From the NCBI GenBank assembly GCA_965240325.2, contig OZ251223.1, positions 2,542,001 through 2,606,000 of the forward strand: a stretch of 64,000 bases of DNA. The letters run 5' to 3'. Below are positions 1 to 11,911 of the stretch, in pieces. Numbering within the stretch: position 1 is the first letter of the stretch; each line of letters begins with the position of its first letter. The notes beneath the pieces are model-generated. The model saw only the letters and a program-made list of their open reading frames with translations. It was not told where the DNA came from and ran no database searches. The translations under genes were made by a program, and so were the position numbers. Origin of the DNA: Rebecca billardiae RCC1528. Lineage: Eukaryota; Protista; Haptophyta.

Positions 1-1374
1 CGAGACGGCCGTCTCCGCCGCGGCCCGCGGCGGCGGCGCCGCCAACCCGCTGCTGCGCTGCACGAGCGTGGCTGATGTCTGGCTGTGCACGTGGCTGCCG
101 CTGCTGCGCGCGGTGTGCAGCTGCGCGGCCGCGGTGCCCGAGCAGAGCGCGGACGACGTGCTGCAGGTGCCGGGCGCGCCGCGGCCGCGCCCGCCCCGCC
201 CTGCGCCGCGCGCACAGCCAGGGCCTGCGCACCCACGCCACCGCCGCTGCGCGCCGCGGCCGGAGCGGCTGCGAATCGGCGGCTGAGGCGCCGGTGCGCG
301 CGGCCGCCGGTGCGCCCCCCTGTCTTCCCCCTGCGCGCCCCAGGCGATGGCGGAGCTGGTGCTCCTCGCCGAGCTGCCGCAGCTGCCCGCAGAGCTGTGC
401 TGCCTCGCGCTCGAGCTCTGCCTGCTGCCCACGCTCGAGCAGCTGCTCACCGTGCGCGCGAGAGAGACGGCGCGCCCGCGCGCGCGCGCCCTCCGCGAGC
501 GTGCCATGCGCGCTGCCCCGCGCGCTGCGCCGCCGCACGCCCACCGCCCAGACCCCCCCCCCGGCGCGCGCGTCGCGTGCGCAGGCGCGCATCGTGCCCG
601 CTCTGAGCCGCGAGCAGGGCCGCGACGGGCGGAGGGATGGCGCGGGGCGCGCGACGGCCGCCGCCGCCGGCGGCGCCGCGCAGTCGACGGCGCCGCCTCT
701 GGACGCAGATGCGTTCGGTGCGCGCTGCCTCGGCCTGCTGAGCAAGGCCTACCTTCACTACCTGCCCCGCCTCGCCACGCTGCCAGAGTTCGACGCGCTC
801 TGGCTCAAGGTGGGGCGGCGCCGCACCGCGCCGCGCCGCGCCGCACCGCCGCCGCTTGTCGCGCCGCGCCGCGCGCCGCGCCGCGCCGAGAGTCGTTCGA
901 ACTGCGCCGCCGCCACGCCGCCGCGGCTGACTGGCACGCGCGCGCGACCGCGCGGCCCTCGCCACGCAGGTGCTGCGCGTGCTCGAGGCGTTCAGCGCGG
1001 CGCGCACGGGTGAGGCGGTGTCGGAGACGCTCCCAGAGCACCTGCGATCAATGCTGGTGGCCATGGCCTCGAGCGGGCTGCTGCGCGCGCCGGCGGGCGC
1101 CGCCGTGTCCGCACGCGGCGGTAAGGCGCGCAGCAGCAGCACGCTCTCGTCAGCGCTCGCCAGCAAGGGGCTGTGGGACGCGACGATGAGCGCCCTCGCC
1201 GCCTTCTGCCCGCAGCTGCAGGAGGTGCTGCTCGCCGAGGCGCAAGCGAGCGGACACGCCGATGCGGGCGCGGCTGGGAGCGCGCAGCCCGCCCGCCCGC
1301 AGCAGCAGGCCGCGCCCACAGCGACCTCGACCGTCGGAGCGGTCGCCGGCCGACTCTACTCGTTCATCTCGTGA
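1..1374 (+). CDS. GBF1/GNOM-type Sec7 ARF-GEF, C-terminal part (5' partial); exons <1-166, 344-451, 585-809, 970-1374
   Basis: GT-AG introns join W..WLPLL, LLAELPQL..LLPTLEQLL, LLSKAYLHYLPRLATLPEFDALWLKVL..SETLPEHLRSMLVAM and LWDAT...FCPQL, matching the GBF1 C-terminal helical region. The Sec7 domain itself is outside the window. Confidence 0.75.
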
Positions 1375-2315
1375 GGCATATGGCCGAGCGTGGTCCGACT
1401 GGGTGGATGGTCGTCGCAAAGTCGATCGTCGATCGATATTATTATAATTAAGCTGACGTGAGCGAAATCAGCCGGCGGCCATCATCGCGTCAGCGCAGAA
1501 TCGTATCATACAGCATGCGCACGACTGCTACTAACTGTACTACTATGATCACTGATGACGCCTGAGGCGATCACATCCGACTACGATGATGCTCGCAGTG
1601 ATGATGACGATTGCTGATGACGACGACGACTTAGCTACGACTCAATATGTAGCTAGACAGTTATGCTGACGATGTGACGATGCGCGATTATTATTGGACG
1701 CGATGATGACTGATGACGATCGATGACGATATATATATGATGACGATGACGCGACGATGATGTGCTGACGCGTAGTTGATCGATGAGCGTGCGCGAACGC
1801 CCCAGCACCGTAAGTCGCAGCATCATGCCTTACAAGCAGTGACAATGCATGCCGGGACCGACTGTGATGACGATTAGTATACGCGTGCTCATCATATATA
1901 TATATCGGCGACGCCGACGACCGTCGACGACACGGAGAACATGCTGCGCTGACGGTGCTTGCTCGACGATACCAGTGATGACGATGATGCTGATGTGCTG
2001 ATTGACTAACTATACGAATTGGCACCTCGTAACGCCGCCCGCTCTGCAGCGCGGCGCTCGTGGACCTGCGTGATCGGACAGTGGATTCTGCCGCGTGACT
2101 GCTGCCGCCGTGCGACCGCCGCAACCGCAGAGCCGTTGCGGCGTCATGGGTAGCAGTCACGTTGGACTCGTCCACTCCCTCGTCAGCGGCTTTGCTCTGC
2201 GCCGCCACCCAAGGCCGGACACCGAGGCCAGCAGCGAGCGTGGCGTGTGCGGCGCCGAGAGGCCGACGATGCAGGCATCATGGCACAGGGCGAGTGCGGC
2301 AGGGCACGGGTAGGC

Positions 2316-4085
2316 TTAGGCCTTGGACGTGTCCATCTTGGACGGGTGCGCCGAGATGGGCGGCTGGATCTCCCTCGTGTACGGCACGAACGCCAGCGCG
2401 ACGATCACGACCGCGGTGAAGATGTAGAGCACATAGCCGAGCGGCAGCCAGCCCTCGGGATAGCCGCCGTACGGCCCGAGCGCGTCAGAGACGTAGCCCA
2501 TCACCATGATGAAGAGGATGAGCAGCGGCACGACGAACTTGATCATGATCGCCCAGATCATTGGGAACGTGTCATTCTCCATGCGGAAGAGCTCCTTGGC
2601 CAGCTTGGTCAGGTCGCCGAGCTGCTCGCGGATCGGCAGCACCCGGCGCTCCGACGAGTAGAACCAGCCGACCGCGATGGCCTCGAAGAAGCCGACCAGC
2701 ACGAGCGCCTGCGTGCCCATCCAGTGGTCGACGATGTCGAGGTAGTACAGGCCGCCCTGCGTCGAGTAGCCGATGCCGAGCAGGAAGAAGAGCAAGCACA
2801 GCCCGATCGAGATGAACTCGCGCCGGACCTTCGAGCCAAAGTTGTCGTGGATCACGGTCGCGATCGCTTCGACGAGCGAGAAAGCCGAGTCCACGCCGAG
2901 CAGGAAGATCATCAGGAAGAAGATGGCGGAGAAGAAGCCCGCGGCGGGCAGGGTGGACAGCACGAGCGGGAAGACGACGAACGTCAGCCCGAGGCCGGCG
3001 CTCGGCAGCAGGTTGATCGGCACGCCCGCGAGGTGCGACATGTGGCCGAGCACGCCAAACACCTGCGCGCGAGAGTGACGAGTGTGAGCGAGAGAGAGCA
3101 AGAGAGCGGGATCGCGCGCGCCGCCGGGCGCGCGCACGCACCACGAAGCCCGCGAAGAAGGAGATGAGCGAGTTGGTGAGCGCGATGATCAGGCCGTCTC
3201 GCACGACGTGGCCGTCGTACTTGTCGTTGTACGAGGCGTACGCGGACATGATGCCCATGCCGAGCGAGAGCGAGAAGAAGATCTGGCCGAGCGCGTCGAC
3301 CCATACCTCGACGTTGCCCAGCGGGTTCAGGTTCGCCGGGTCGCCCGACATGTAGTACGACACGCCGTCCGCCGCGCCGGGCAGCGACATCGCCTGGCCG
3401 AACAGGATGATGAGGATGATGATCGGCCCGGGCACGGAGACGTAGACGACCCACGACATGGTCTGCGGCCCGCGCAGGATGCAGAGGCAGGTGATCACCC
3501 AGCCCACGGCCATCGCGCCGATCACGGCAGGCACGACGTACCCCGCCTCCGCCGGCCCCGACGAGATGTGCAGGACCTGTGTGAAGTAGTAGCCCGCAGG
3601 GTCGCTCGCCCACGGCACGCTGTCCGTGAACGAGCTCACGAAATAGACGAGCGACCAGCCGAGCACGGACATGTAGTACACGACGATGTTTGCCGACGCG
3701 ATCAGCCCGGCGATGCCCGCGCCCTTGAACCGCGTGTTCACCTGCGCGAGCGCGTCGTACGAGTTGGCCTGGAACTTCTGACCGATCGAGAGCTCGAGGA
3801 GCAGCATCGGGATGCCGATGAGGAACAGGGCGAGCACGTACGGGACGAGGAACATGCCGCCACCGTGCTTCGCGACAAGCGCAGGGAAGCGCCCTGCGCG
3901 ACGATCGCCGCGCGGGCGGGTGTGGTGGCGCGCGCGCATGAGCGGTAGCGCGTGGGCGTGAGCGGTGACGCCCGCCGCGCTCAGCACGCACAGAAGTTGC
4001 CCAGGCCGACGGCGGAGCCGATGGCCGCGAAGACATAGCTAGTCTTAGAGTTCCAGCGCTCGCGAGCAGGCTCGTCTCCCGCCAT
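2316..4085 (-). CDS. Sodium:neurotransmitter symporter (SLC6/NSS) family transporter; exons 4085-3992, 3893-3142, 3062-2316
   Basis: Spliced product has RERWNSK..AIGSAVGLGNFWRFP, GGGMFLVPY, QIFFSLSLG, AYASYN, FFAGFVVF, GLTFVVFP and FLLGVDS. Both introns are GT-AG and restore the frame. Confidence 0.93.
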
Positions 4086-4552
4086 TTTCGCTGTCTGCGC
4101 AGCGGCGCGCACGCGGCACAGCGCGGCAAGCTGTCAGCCGCGATCGATCGCGCGCGCGCGAGAGCTGAGTGTGGCATGCGCAGGGCTGGCGACGGGCGAG
4201 AGGCACGGGCTGGTGTCTGGCGTGAAGCTGCAGTGCCGCCCTGCCTCCCCCGTCGCCGCGCGCCCGCGCGCGACGCTCGCCCCAAACACGCACTCGGCGG
4301 CTGTTAGGTCCCGAAAAATGCCAGCGCGGTCGTTCGAGGCGTGCACGGCCGGGTCGCCGAGTCGCCGGTTTGTACAGCAGATGTGGACGGCTGAGCAACC
4401 ATCTCGGGAGGCCGCCCTTCCGCCCGTTCTGTTGTGAGTATCGTCGCACTCATCAGCCGTACCCACAACTGAGGTGGGAAACTCAATGTTCATTATCCCA
4501 ATACGGATTGATTGATGATTTGTTCGATATGCCGGAAGGGGGTGGGTACTGG

Positions 4553-5686
4553 CAAGGGCGGTAAGGGCTGTCAACTCCCAGTGGCGCCGAGTGGCGGAGG
4601 TTCCGTGCCCCTCAACTCGTGCGGCCTCGCGGCGCAGCGGCTATGTCTCCTGGGGCGCCGCCCTGGAGGGCGCGTGGGGTGCGCACGCCGCGGGCTCCTG
4701 CGCCCGCGGCAGCGGCCGCGGACACGGCGCGCGTGGTTGGTCGCCTGCTAGACAGCACGTAGTACCCTCCCACGCCGCGCGCCGCGCTCGCCGGTGCCCT
4801 CGCCGCGCCTCAGGCCAGCCGCGCACGCGCGCCGCGCCAATGGCCAGCCGTGGCCACGAGCCAGCCGCCGGCGCGCGCGCGGTGCGCGGTGCGGTCGGCG
4901 CGGGTCGGGCGCGCGCCCGGGGCGAGGCTCGCGTATGATGGGCGCGCGTCATGCCGCCTCGCGCCGCCACCCACGAGCTTGATCACGTTGCACGCGGCTG
5001 CTGAAGAGTGCTCGTCGAGCATTCCTCGGCCATCAGAAATGAGCTTGGATAAGTGGTTGTGAGCGCATCAGTGCGACGAACGCGGGCACTCGGGGACTTG
5101 CTTGCCATGACATGAGGCTGGCCGTGCACATATAGTGATAGTGGTCTGCGCTTGTCTATCACGCGTCGCTGCCGTCCCATGATCGTCTCAACGTGAGCAT
5201 TTTCAAACATGGCAATGCACACTCGACAGCATGTAAACGCGTGCGCGCCGACCCATGCGGGCGTCAGCGCGGCGGCGCGAGGCGGCATGACGCGCGCCCA
5301 TCATACGCGAGCCTCGCCCCGGGCGCGCGCCCGACCCGCGCCGACCGCACCGCGCACCGCGCGCGCGCCGGCGGCTGGCTCGTGGCCACGGCTGGCCATT
5401 GGCGCGGCGCGCGTGCGCGGCTGGCCTGAGGCGCGGCGAGGGCACCGGCGAGCGCGGCGCGCGGCGTGGGAGGGTACTACGTGCTGTCTAGCAGGCGACC
5501 AACCACGCGCGCCGTGTCCGCGGCCGCTGCCGCGGGCGCAGGAGCCCGCGGCGTGCGCACCCCACGCGCCCTCCAGGGCGGCGCCCCAGGAGACTTAGCC
5601 GCTGCGCCGCGAGGCCGCACGAGTTGAGGGGCACGGAACCTCCGCCACTCGGCGCCACTGGGAGTTGACAGCCCTTACCGCCCTTG
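4553..5686. mobile_element. Non-autonomous foldback DNA transposon (P/Galileo-like), 416-bp TIRs, 7-bp TSD
   Basis: 4553-4968 is the reverse complement of 5271-5686 (one mismatch spotted). Ends are CAAGGGCGG...CCGCCCTTG. GTACTGG is duplicated at 4546-4552 and 5687-5693. Confidence 0.88.
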
Positions 5687-5829
5687 GTACTGGGTACTGT
5701 TCATTAATGAACATGGGTACTGCATGATAACCAGAAGGTTCTACTTGTACTTAGCAACGCGGCAGCGTCGCATCACTTTCACTACGATAGCGCAGTCTGT
5801 CCGGCGCGCCGACGAATGTGGAGGCCCGG

Positions 5830-6729
5830 CTAGGCGGCGCCATCGCTGGCGGTGACGGCGGGAGCAGGCGGCGGGCGGCGCTTGCGCTTACCCGGCCGGC
5901 CCACCGCCGCTGGCGGCCTGAAGCGCGCGCGGCACGCGGGGCACTCTGGCATCGCGCCGCGGTGGAAGACGGAGAGGCACACAGAGCACACGTGCGCGCG
6001 CTCGAGCATCTCGGAGGTGAGGAAGCACGCGGCGCGGAAGTCGACGTCATGTGGCGGCGGCTTGCGCAGCTGCGTGCGCGCGAAGGCGTCCGGCAGCACC
6101 GCCGTGATGAGTAGCTGCGCCAGCGCGGCCTCGGCATCGGGCGGCGGCTGCAGGTACACGCCGCCCGTGATGTGCGCCGCCTGCTGCAGAAAGGCGGACG
6201 GTGGGCCCAGCATGCAGGCGTCGACGATGATCGAGGCGCGCTGCGCGGCGAAGATGCAGTTCATTGCCGAGTTGTACTGCCGCGAGTCGTCCGCCGTCGC
6301 CGCGAGAGCCAGCACTTGTGCGCGCTGGTGCCGCGCGTCGGGCCGCACGTGGCGGTTCGCGTGGCACAGGGCGATGGACAGCGCAGACGAGAGCGCCGTG
6401 GTGGAGGGCCCCGAGGGGGACTGCGGCGCGTCAACGGCCGCCCTCAGCAGCGCCGGGACGAGCACGTCATGTAAGCTTTCGCCGAAGCGGTCGTTGGCGC
6501 GGATCATCATGCGCGCGCCGCCCTCGTACGCAATGACGACGGCGATGCGATTAGCCGCGTTGACGATTCGAAAGGCGTTGAGGAAGAGGCAGAGCTCCTC
6601 GAGGATGCGCGCCAGCGCAAGGTGCCCATCCTGCAGACCGTCCCGCTCGGCCCACACGCGCGGGTTCACGTCCACCACCGCCACCAGCAGCGTGGCGTCG
6701 AGCGGCGACGGAGGCTCGGTCGACCCCAT
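5830..6729 (-). CDS. TFB4: TFIIH subunit 3 (p34/Tfb4), intronless
   Basis: LLVAVVDVNP, FLNAF...NRIAVV, LSSALSIALC, QYNSAMNCIFAAQR, FLQQAAHITGGVY, VDFRAACF...VCSVCLSVF...CPAC zinc finger. ATG at 6729. Confidence 0.93.
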   Translation of the reverse strand: MGSTEPPSPLDATLLVAVVDVNPRVWAERDGLQDGHLALARILEELCLFLNAFRIVNAANRIAVVIAYEGGARMMIRANDRFGESLHDVLVPALLRAAVDAPQSPSGPSTTALSSALSIALCHANRHVRPDARHQRAQVLALAATADDSRQYNSAMNCIFAAQRASIIVDACMLGPPSAFLQQAAHITGGVYLQPPPDAEAALAQLLITAVLPDAFARTQLRKPPPHDVDFRAACFLTSEMLERAHVCSVCLSVFHRGAMPECPACRARFRPPAAVGRPGKRKRRPPPAPAVTASDGAA

Positions 6730-6887
6730 CGCTCTGTGTCTGCCGCGCCCGCGAGCAGACACTGGGACTCCCTCACTCCCAAACTCCGGGCTCCGGCCGC
6801 CATTCCTGAGCACCGAGCAGTCATCACTCATCACTCCGCCCGGGCCGGCTTGCGCCGTCGCCCCCGTCGGCGTCAGCGGCGGCCACC

Positions 6888-8682
6888 ATGGCGCCCAAGT
6901 ACGTGGGCGCGATCGACCAGGGCACGTCATCCACGCGCTTCATGCTCTTCGACCGAGACGGCCGCGTCGTCGCCCGGGAGCAGCGCGAGCACACGCAGGT
7001 GTACCCGCGCGCTGGCTGGGTCGAGCACGACCCGCTCGAGATCTGGGCGGCGACCCAGAGCGTGATCAGCGCGGCGATGCGCGGGGTGAAGCCGGAGGAC
7101 GTGGCGTCGATCGGCATCACCAACCAGCGCGAGACCACCGTCGTGTGGGACCGCGCGACGGGCAAGCCGCTGCACAATGCGATCGTGTGGAACTGCACGC
7201 GCACCGACGCGGTCGCGCAGCGCATTGCCGAGGCGAGTGGCGGCAGAGACTGCCTGCGCTCGAAGACGGGCCTGCCGATCGTGCCCTACTTCTCGGCGAC
7301 CAAGCTCGTGTGGCTCTTCGAGAACGTCCCGGGCTTGCGCGAGGCCGCCGAGAAGGGCGACGCGCTCTTTGGCACGATCGACAGCTGGCTGATCTGGCAG
7401 CTCACGTGCGGCGCCGCGCACGTGACGGACGTGTCGAACGGCTGCCGCACGCTGCTGATGAACATCCACACGCTCAAGTGGGACGAGTCGCTCCTCGCCG
7501 TCTTCAACGTGCCCCGCGCCATGCTCCCCACCATCGTGCCCTCCTCCGCGCACATCGCGACGTGCGACGCCGAAGCCGTGCCGGCGCTTGGCGCCGTGCC
7601 GATCGGTGGCATCCTCGGTGACCAGCAGGCGGCGACGTTCGGCCAGGTGTGCTTCTCGCCCGGGCAGGCGAAGAGCACGTACGGCACGGGCGCCTTCATC
7701 ATGATGAACACCGGCGAGCGCGCCGTGCCCTCGAAGAACGGGCTGCTCACCACCATCGGCTGGCAGCTCGGCGCAGGCGCCAAGTGAGCGCGCGCGCGCG
7801 CGCGTGCGAGCGCGCATGTGCGCCGAGCGCGCGAGCGGCGGCCGCGTCGTGCGAGGCGCGTGAGCCGCCGGCGCCAGGCGGCCCGCGCGTGCTCCGCGGC
7901 CGCCCCTGCCCACCCGTCCCATCCCCCCGCGCGCACGTGCGCGTGCCCACCGCCGCAGGCCGGTGTACTGCCTGGAGGGCGGCGTCGCGTACGCGGGCGC
8001 GTTCGTGCAGTGGGCGCGGGACAACCTGCGGCTGATCGGGGACGCGGCGGAGACGGAGGGGCTGGCGCGCAGCGTGGAGGACAACGGCGGCGTGTACTTC
8101 GTCCCCGCCTTCGCGGGCCTCTTCGCGCCGTACTGGCGCTCCGACGCGCGCGGCACGCTGTGCGGCCTCACGGCGTTCAACACGTCTGCGCACGTCGTGC
8201 GCGCCGTGCTCGAGGCCGCGGCGTACCAGGTGAAGGACGTGCTCGATGCGATGGCGTCGGACTCGGGCGTGGTGCTGCACACGCTGCGGTGCGACGGCGG
8301 GATGACGGTCAACTCGTTCCTCATGCAGTTCCAGGCCGACGTGCTCGACGCGACGGTCACGGTGCCGGCCATCGCCGAGACCACGTCGCTGGGCGCCGCG
8401 TACGTCGCAGGGCTCTCGGCAGGCTTCTTCCCCGACGTGAAGGCGCTCGCGCAGCACTGGTCCAAGGCGAACGAGTGGACGGCGCACATGCCGGCGCCGC
8501 AGCGCGCCGAGCTGTGCCGCCGGTGGAAGATGGCCGTTGAGCGCACGCTCGGCTGGCACACCGTCGAGCGCGCCGCGCCACCCGCGAGCACCGCCGAGCG
8601 GGCGCTCAAGCTGGGCGCGATCGCGATGGCGATCGCTACAGTCGCGTTCGCGGTCGGCCGCGCCAGCAGCAAGGCGGTCTAG
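6888..8682 (+). CDS. GK: Glycerol kinase (FGGY family); exons 6888-7783, 7959-8682
   Basis: [83 protein letters not shown]. One GT-AG intron. Confidence 0.96.
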
Positions 8683-9232
8683 TAACATGCTGAGCCGCCA
8701 GCGCAAGGTGAATAGCTTAGGTGGGGTGGGGTGCCAAGGGTGGTGCGCCACCGCCACAGCCCACAGCCCGTCTCACGTCTGGCGCCGCTGGCCCACCGGC
8801 CAGCCGGCACGCGGCCCCGGCGCGGCCGCGCGCGCCACGCCGCCACGGCGTCGGAATGGCCAGTGTGACTGTGTCTGTGAGTGTCCGACTCTGAGACTGA
8901 GTCGTCGCCCGGAGGTATGCATGACTCCTAGAGTGGCTCGGGGCTCTCGAGTCTCGACCAGGATAAAGCCACGGCTTCCACGGGGCAGACCGCCAGACAC
9001 TGAGCTACTGAAGCCAACGCCGCTCGCCCGACATGTCTGCACAGCCTGGTGACTCTCACTCTGGACCTGGTGAGCAGCTCCGCCAGCCCCACCGCCCGCT
9101 GCCGCGAGGACGGGGTGGCCAGCCGTGGTGATCGATCTCGGAGGCACTGCGCCGCTCGGCTGGGCTGGAAAAGCGAACAGCAGCAGCGCAAGCACTGCGC
9201 AGCGGCACGAGCGCCAGTGCGACGCCGCCATC

Positions 9233-10915
9233 ATGGCACCTGGGCGCCGAGGCAGCAAGGCGCCGCCGCCCGTGGAGCCGGTCTCGCCCCGGCCTGGCGG
9301 CAAGCGCGCGAAGCGCGGCGCTCCCGTCGGGCCCGAGCCCCCCGAGCTGCTCGAAGAGGACGACGAGAACGCGCGCGCCGAGGAGGACTCGGGCGAGCGG
9401 CGCTTGCGCGACGCGGTGCTCAAGCTGATCGTGACGCACGTCGAGCCCAACTACTCGCTGCCCTGGCAGCAGCGGCGGCAGACGTCGTCGACTAGCACGG
9501 CGTTCCTGATCAGCGAGCGCCGCATCCTCACCAACGCGCACTGCGTCGAGAACGCCACCGTCGTCAGAATCAAGAAGCGAGGCGATGACCGCAAGTTCAT
9601 CGCGAGCGTCGTCATGATTGGGCGCGAGTGCGACCTCGCCCTGCTCAGCGTGGCCGACGAGTCCTTCTTCATCGGGCTCGAGCCGATCGCGCTCGGGCGC
9701 TCGCTCCCGCGGCTGCAGGACACCGTCACCGTCGTCGGCTACCCGGTCGGCGGCGACAACCAGTCGATCACGCAGGGCGTCGTCTCGCGCATCGACCTGA
9801 ACGAGTACTCGCACGGCGGCGCGCAGCTGCTGTGCGTGCAGATCGACGCGGCGATCAACAGCGGGAACAGCGGCGGGCCGGTGCTCGCCGCGGCGCCGCC
9901 CGCGTGCGTGGGCATCGCCTTCCAGTCCGTCGCCGCCGACGCGGCCGAGAACATCGGCTTCCTCATCCCCGTCCCGGTCGTGGAGCGCTTCCTGGCCGAC
10001 CACCGGCAACACGGGCGGTACACGGGCTTCGCCTCGGTCGGCTTCGACGTGCAGCTGTGCGAGAACCCGTCGCTGCGCGCGTTCTCGGGGCTGGGCAAGG
10101 GCGACTCGGGCGTGCGCATCATGAAGGTCCACCCGCTCTGCGCCGAGGCCCGCGACGGCCGGCTGCGCGCGGGCGACATCATGTGCTCCTTCGACTCGGT
10201 GCCGATCGCCAACGACGGCACGATCGCCTTCAAGCACGGCGAGCAGCGCATCTCGTGGCGCTACCTGCTCTCGCAGAAGTTCGTGGGCGACGTCGCCGAG
10301 CTGCGGCTCGTGCGCGACGGCCAGCGGCTGCCGCCGCTCACCCTCACGCTCCACCGCTCGAGCCTGCTCGTCCCGACCACCCCGGCCGCGGAGGGCGCGC
10401 CGGCGGCTGCGGACGCACCGGCTGCCAACGGCGGCTCGGTGCGGCCGGCGGCCGGGCCCTCGTACTTCATCGTCGGCGGGCTGGTGTTCGTCACGCTCTC
10501 CGAGGCCTTCCTCCGCTCGGAGTACGGGGACGACTGGGAGTCCAAGGCGCCGATCATGCTGATGGAGCGGCTCGTCAACGGCCTCAAGGCGCACGCGCGC
10601 GACGAGGTGGTCGTCCTCTCGCAGGTGCTCGCGCACACGGTCAACATCGGGTACGAGGGGATTGTGAACTGCGTCGTGGGCAGGCTGAACGGGGAGGCGA
10701 TCACGGACCTGCGCCACCTCGTCCAGCTCGTGCGCGGGAACAAGAAGAAGTACCTGCACTTTGAGCTGCCGCCGTGGGGCGAGGCCGTCGTCCTCGACGC
10801 CAAGGAGGCGCGCAAGGCCGAGGCGGCCATCCTCGCACAGCACAGCATCCCGAGTGCAGTCTCGCCCGACCTGCTGCTCAACGCGACCGCGACGGCGCAG
10901 CTCGCGCCCGCCTAG
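9233..10915 (+). CDS. DegP/HtrA serine protease with PDZ domains (plant Deg2/Deg9/Deg10-like), intronless
   Basis: Catalytic triad TNAHC, ECDLALL, AAINSGNSGGP; EPNYSLPWQ; PSYFIVGGLVF; first in-frame ATG at 9233. Confidence 0.92.
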   Translation: MAPGRRGSKAPPPVEPVSPRPGGKRAKRGAPVGPEPPELLEEDDENARAEEDSGERRLRDAVLKLIVTHVEPNYSLPWQQRRQTSSTSTAFLISERRILTNAHCVENATVVRIKKRGDDRKFIASVVMIGRECDLALLSVADESFFIGLEPIALGRSLPRLQDTVTVVGYPVGGDNQSITQGVVSRIDLNEYSHGGAQLLCVQIDAAINSGNSGGPVLAAAPPACVGIAFQSVAADAAENIGFLIPVPVVERFLADHRQHGRYTGFASVGFDVQLCENPSLRAFSGLGKGDSGVRIMKVHPLCAEARDGRLRAGDIMCSFDSVPIANDGTIAFKHGEQRISWRYLLSQKFVGDVAELRLVRDGQRLPPLTLTLHRSSLLVPTTPAAEGAPAAADAPAANGGSVRPAAGPSYFIVGGLVFVTLSEAFLRSEYGDDWESKAPIMLMERLVNGLKAHARDEVVVLSQVLAHTVNIGYEGIVNCVVGRLNGEAITDLRHLVQLVRGNKKKYLHFELPPWGEAVVLDAKEARKAEAAILAQHSIPSAVSPDLLLNATATAQLAPA

Positions 10916-11282
10916 TCTCAGTAGGACTAGGAGGCAACGCGTGCGCGCACGGTGTCGGGTGTGTGCCGGATGAAAACTAAAACGGTCTTGCTGCGCGCGA
11001 CTCCGAACCGCCGGCGGCGACTCGGACTCGCCTCCGCCGGCCTCCGGGGCTCCGGGTTATTCCAACTCATTAGTGGCAACATTAGCGTCTTATTGCACTG
11101 TGCAATAGGGCGGCCTCCGCCAATACTGCCACTCAGGCGTCGGCGGATTAAGTTCGGCTCGCGGCCACGGTCTCTGACTCGCCGCACTTAGTCTTACTCG
11201 GTGACTATTACCGATTTAGGCGATTTACGGAGTCGGAGAGACCGAGTAAGTCTGACAGTACTGAGAGAGAGCCAGAGAGAGA

Positions 11283-11284
<2 letters not shown>

Positions 11285-11338
<54 letters not shown>
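11285..11338. repeat. (GA)n microsatellite followed by an AT-rich low-complexity tract to about 11445
   Basis: Seen directly. Confidence 0.95.
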
Positions 11339-11342
<4 letters not shown>

Positions 11343-11911
11343 ATGACTCATGAGTAGTCGTACTACGGTACTAACTTTAATGATAATAATATTATTATAT
11401 AAATATATTAATAATATATTATTATAATATATATATATATAATTTAGTCGTGTTATCGATTAATTCTACTGTGACATCCCAGACATGCGCCGCCATAGAC
11501 TAATAAGGCGCATCTCAGTCCCGCGGTACAGCTCGCACCGCGCGCACGAAACACCGCATCACCGGCGTCACGCCGCGCAACGTGGCATCGCCTGCCGATG
11601 AGCTGCGTCGCCGAGGCAGCGCAGCCTGCCGCACCCAGTCTGACAGCGCCCTTGCCGCGGACGTAATCACCGGCCCCGAGCAGGCTGCGCCGCAGCATGA
11701 TGGCACGCACGCCCGGGCTCGCAGATGCTGCGCGCGTACGGCCGGCGCCGATCGACGATCGAGCACGGCTGGCTGAACTCGCCGCGACAGCGCACGAGCG
11801 GGCAGACAGCGCTGCTGGCAGCCGCGTTGGATGCAGGCAGGCGTACAGTGGTGGCGCGCGCCCTGCGCGCCGATCCACGTGCCGCCCGCCCGCAGCACCC
11901 TCGCCGCCGCC

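Noticed and set aside
4591-5598. Mirror-image ORFs inside the foldback element
   Set aside because: A by-product of the inverted repeat; no protein motifs.
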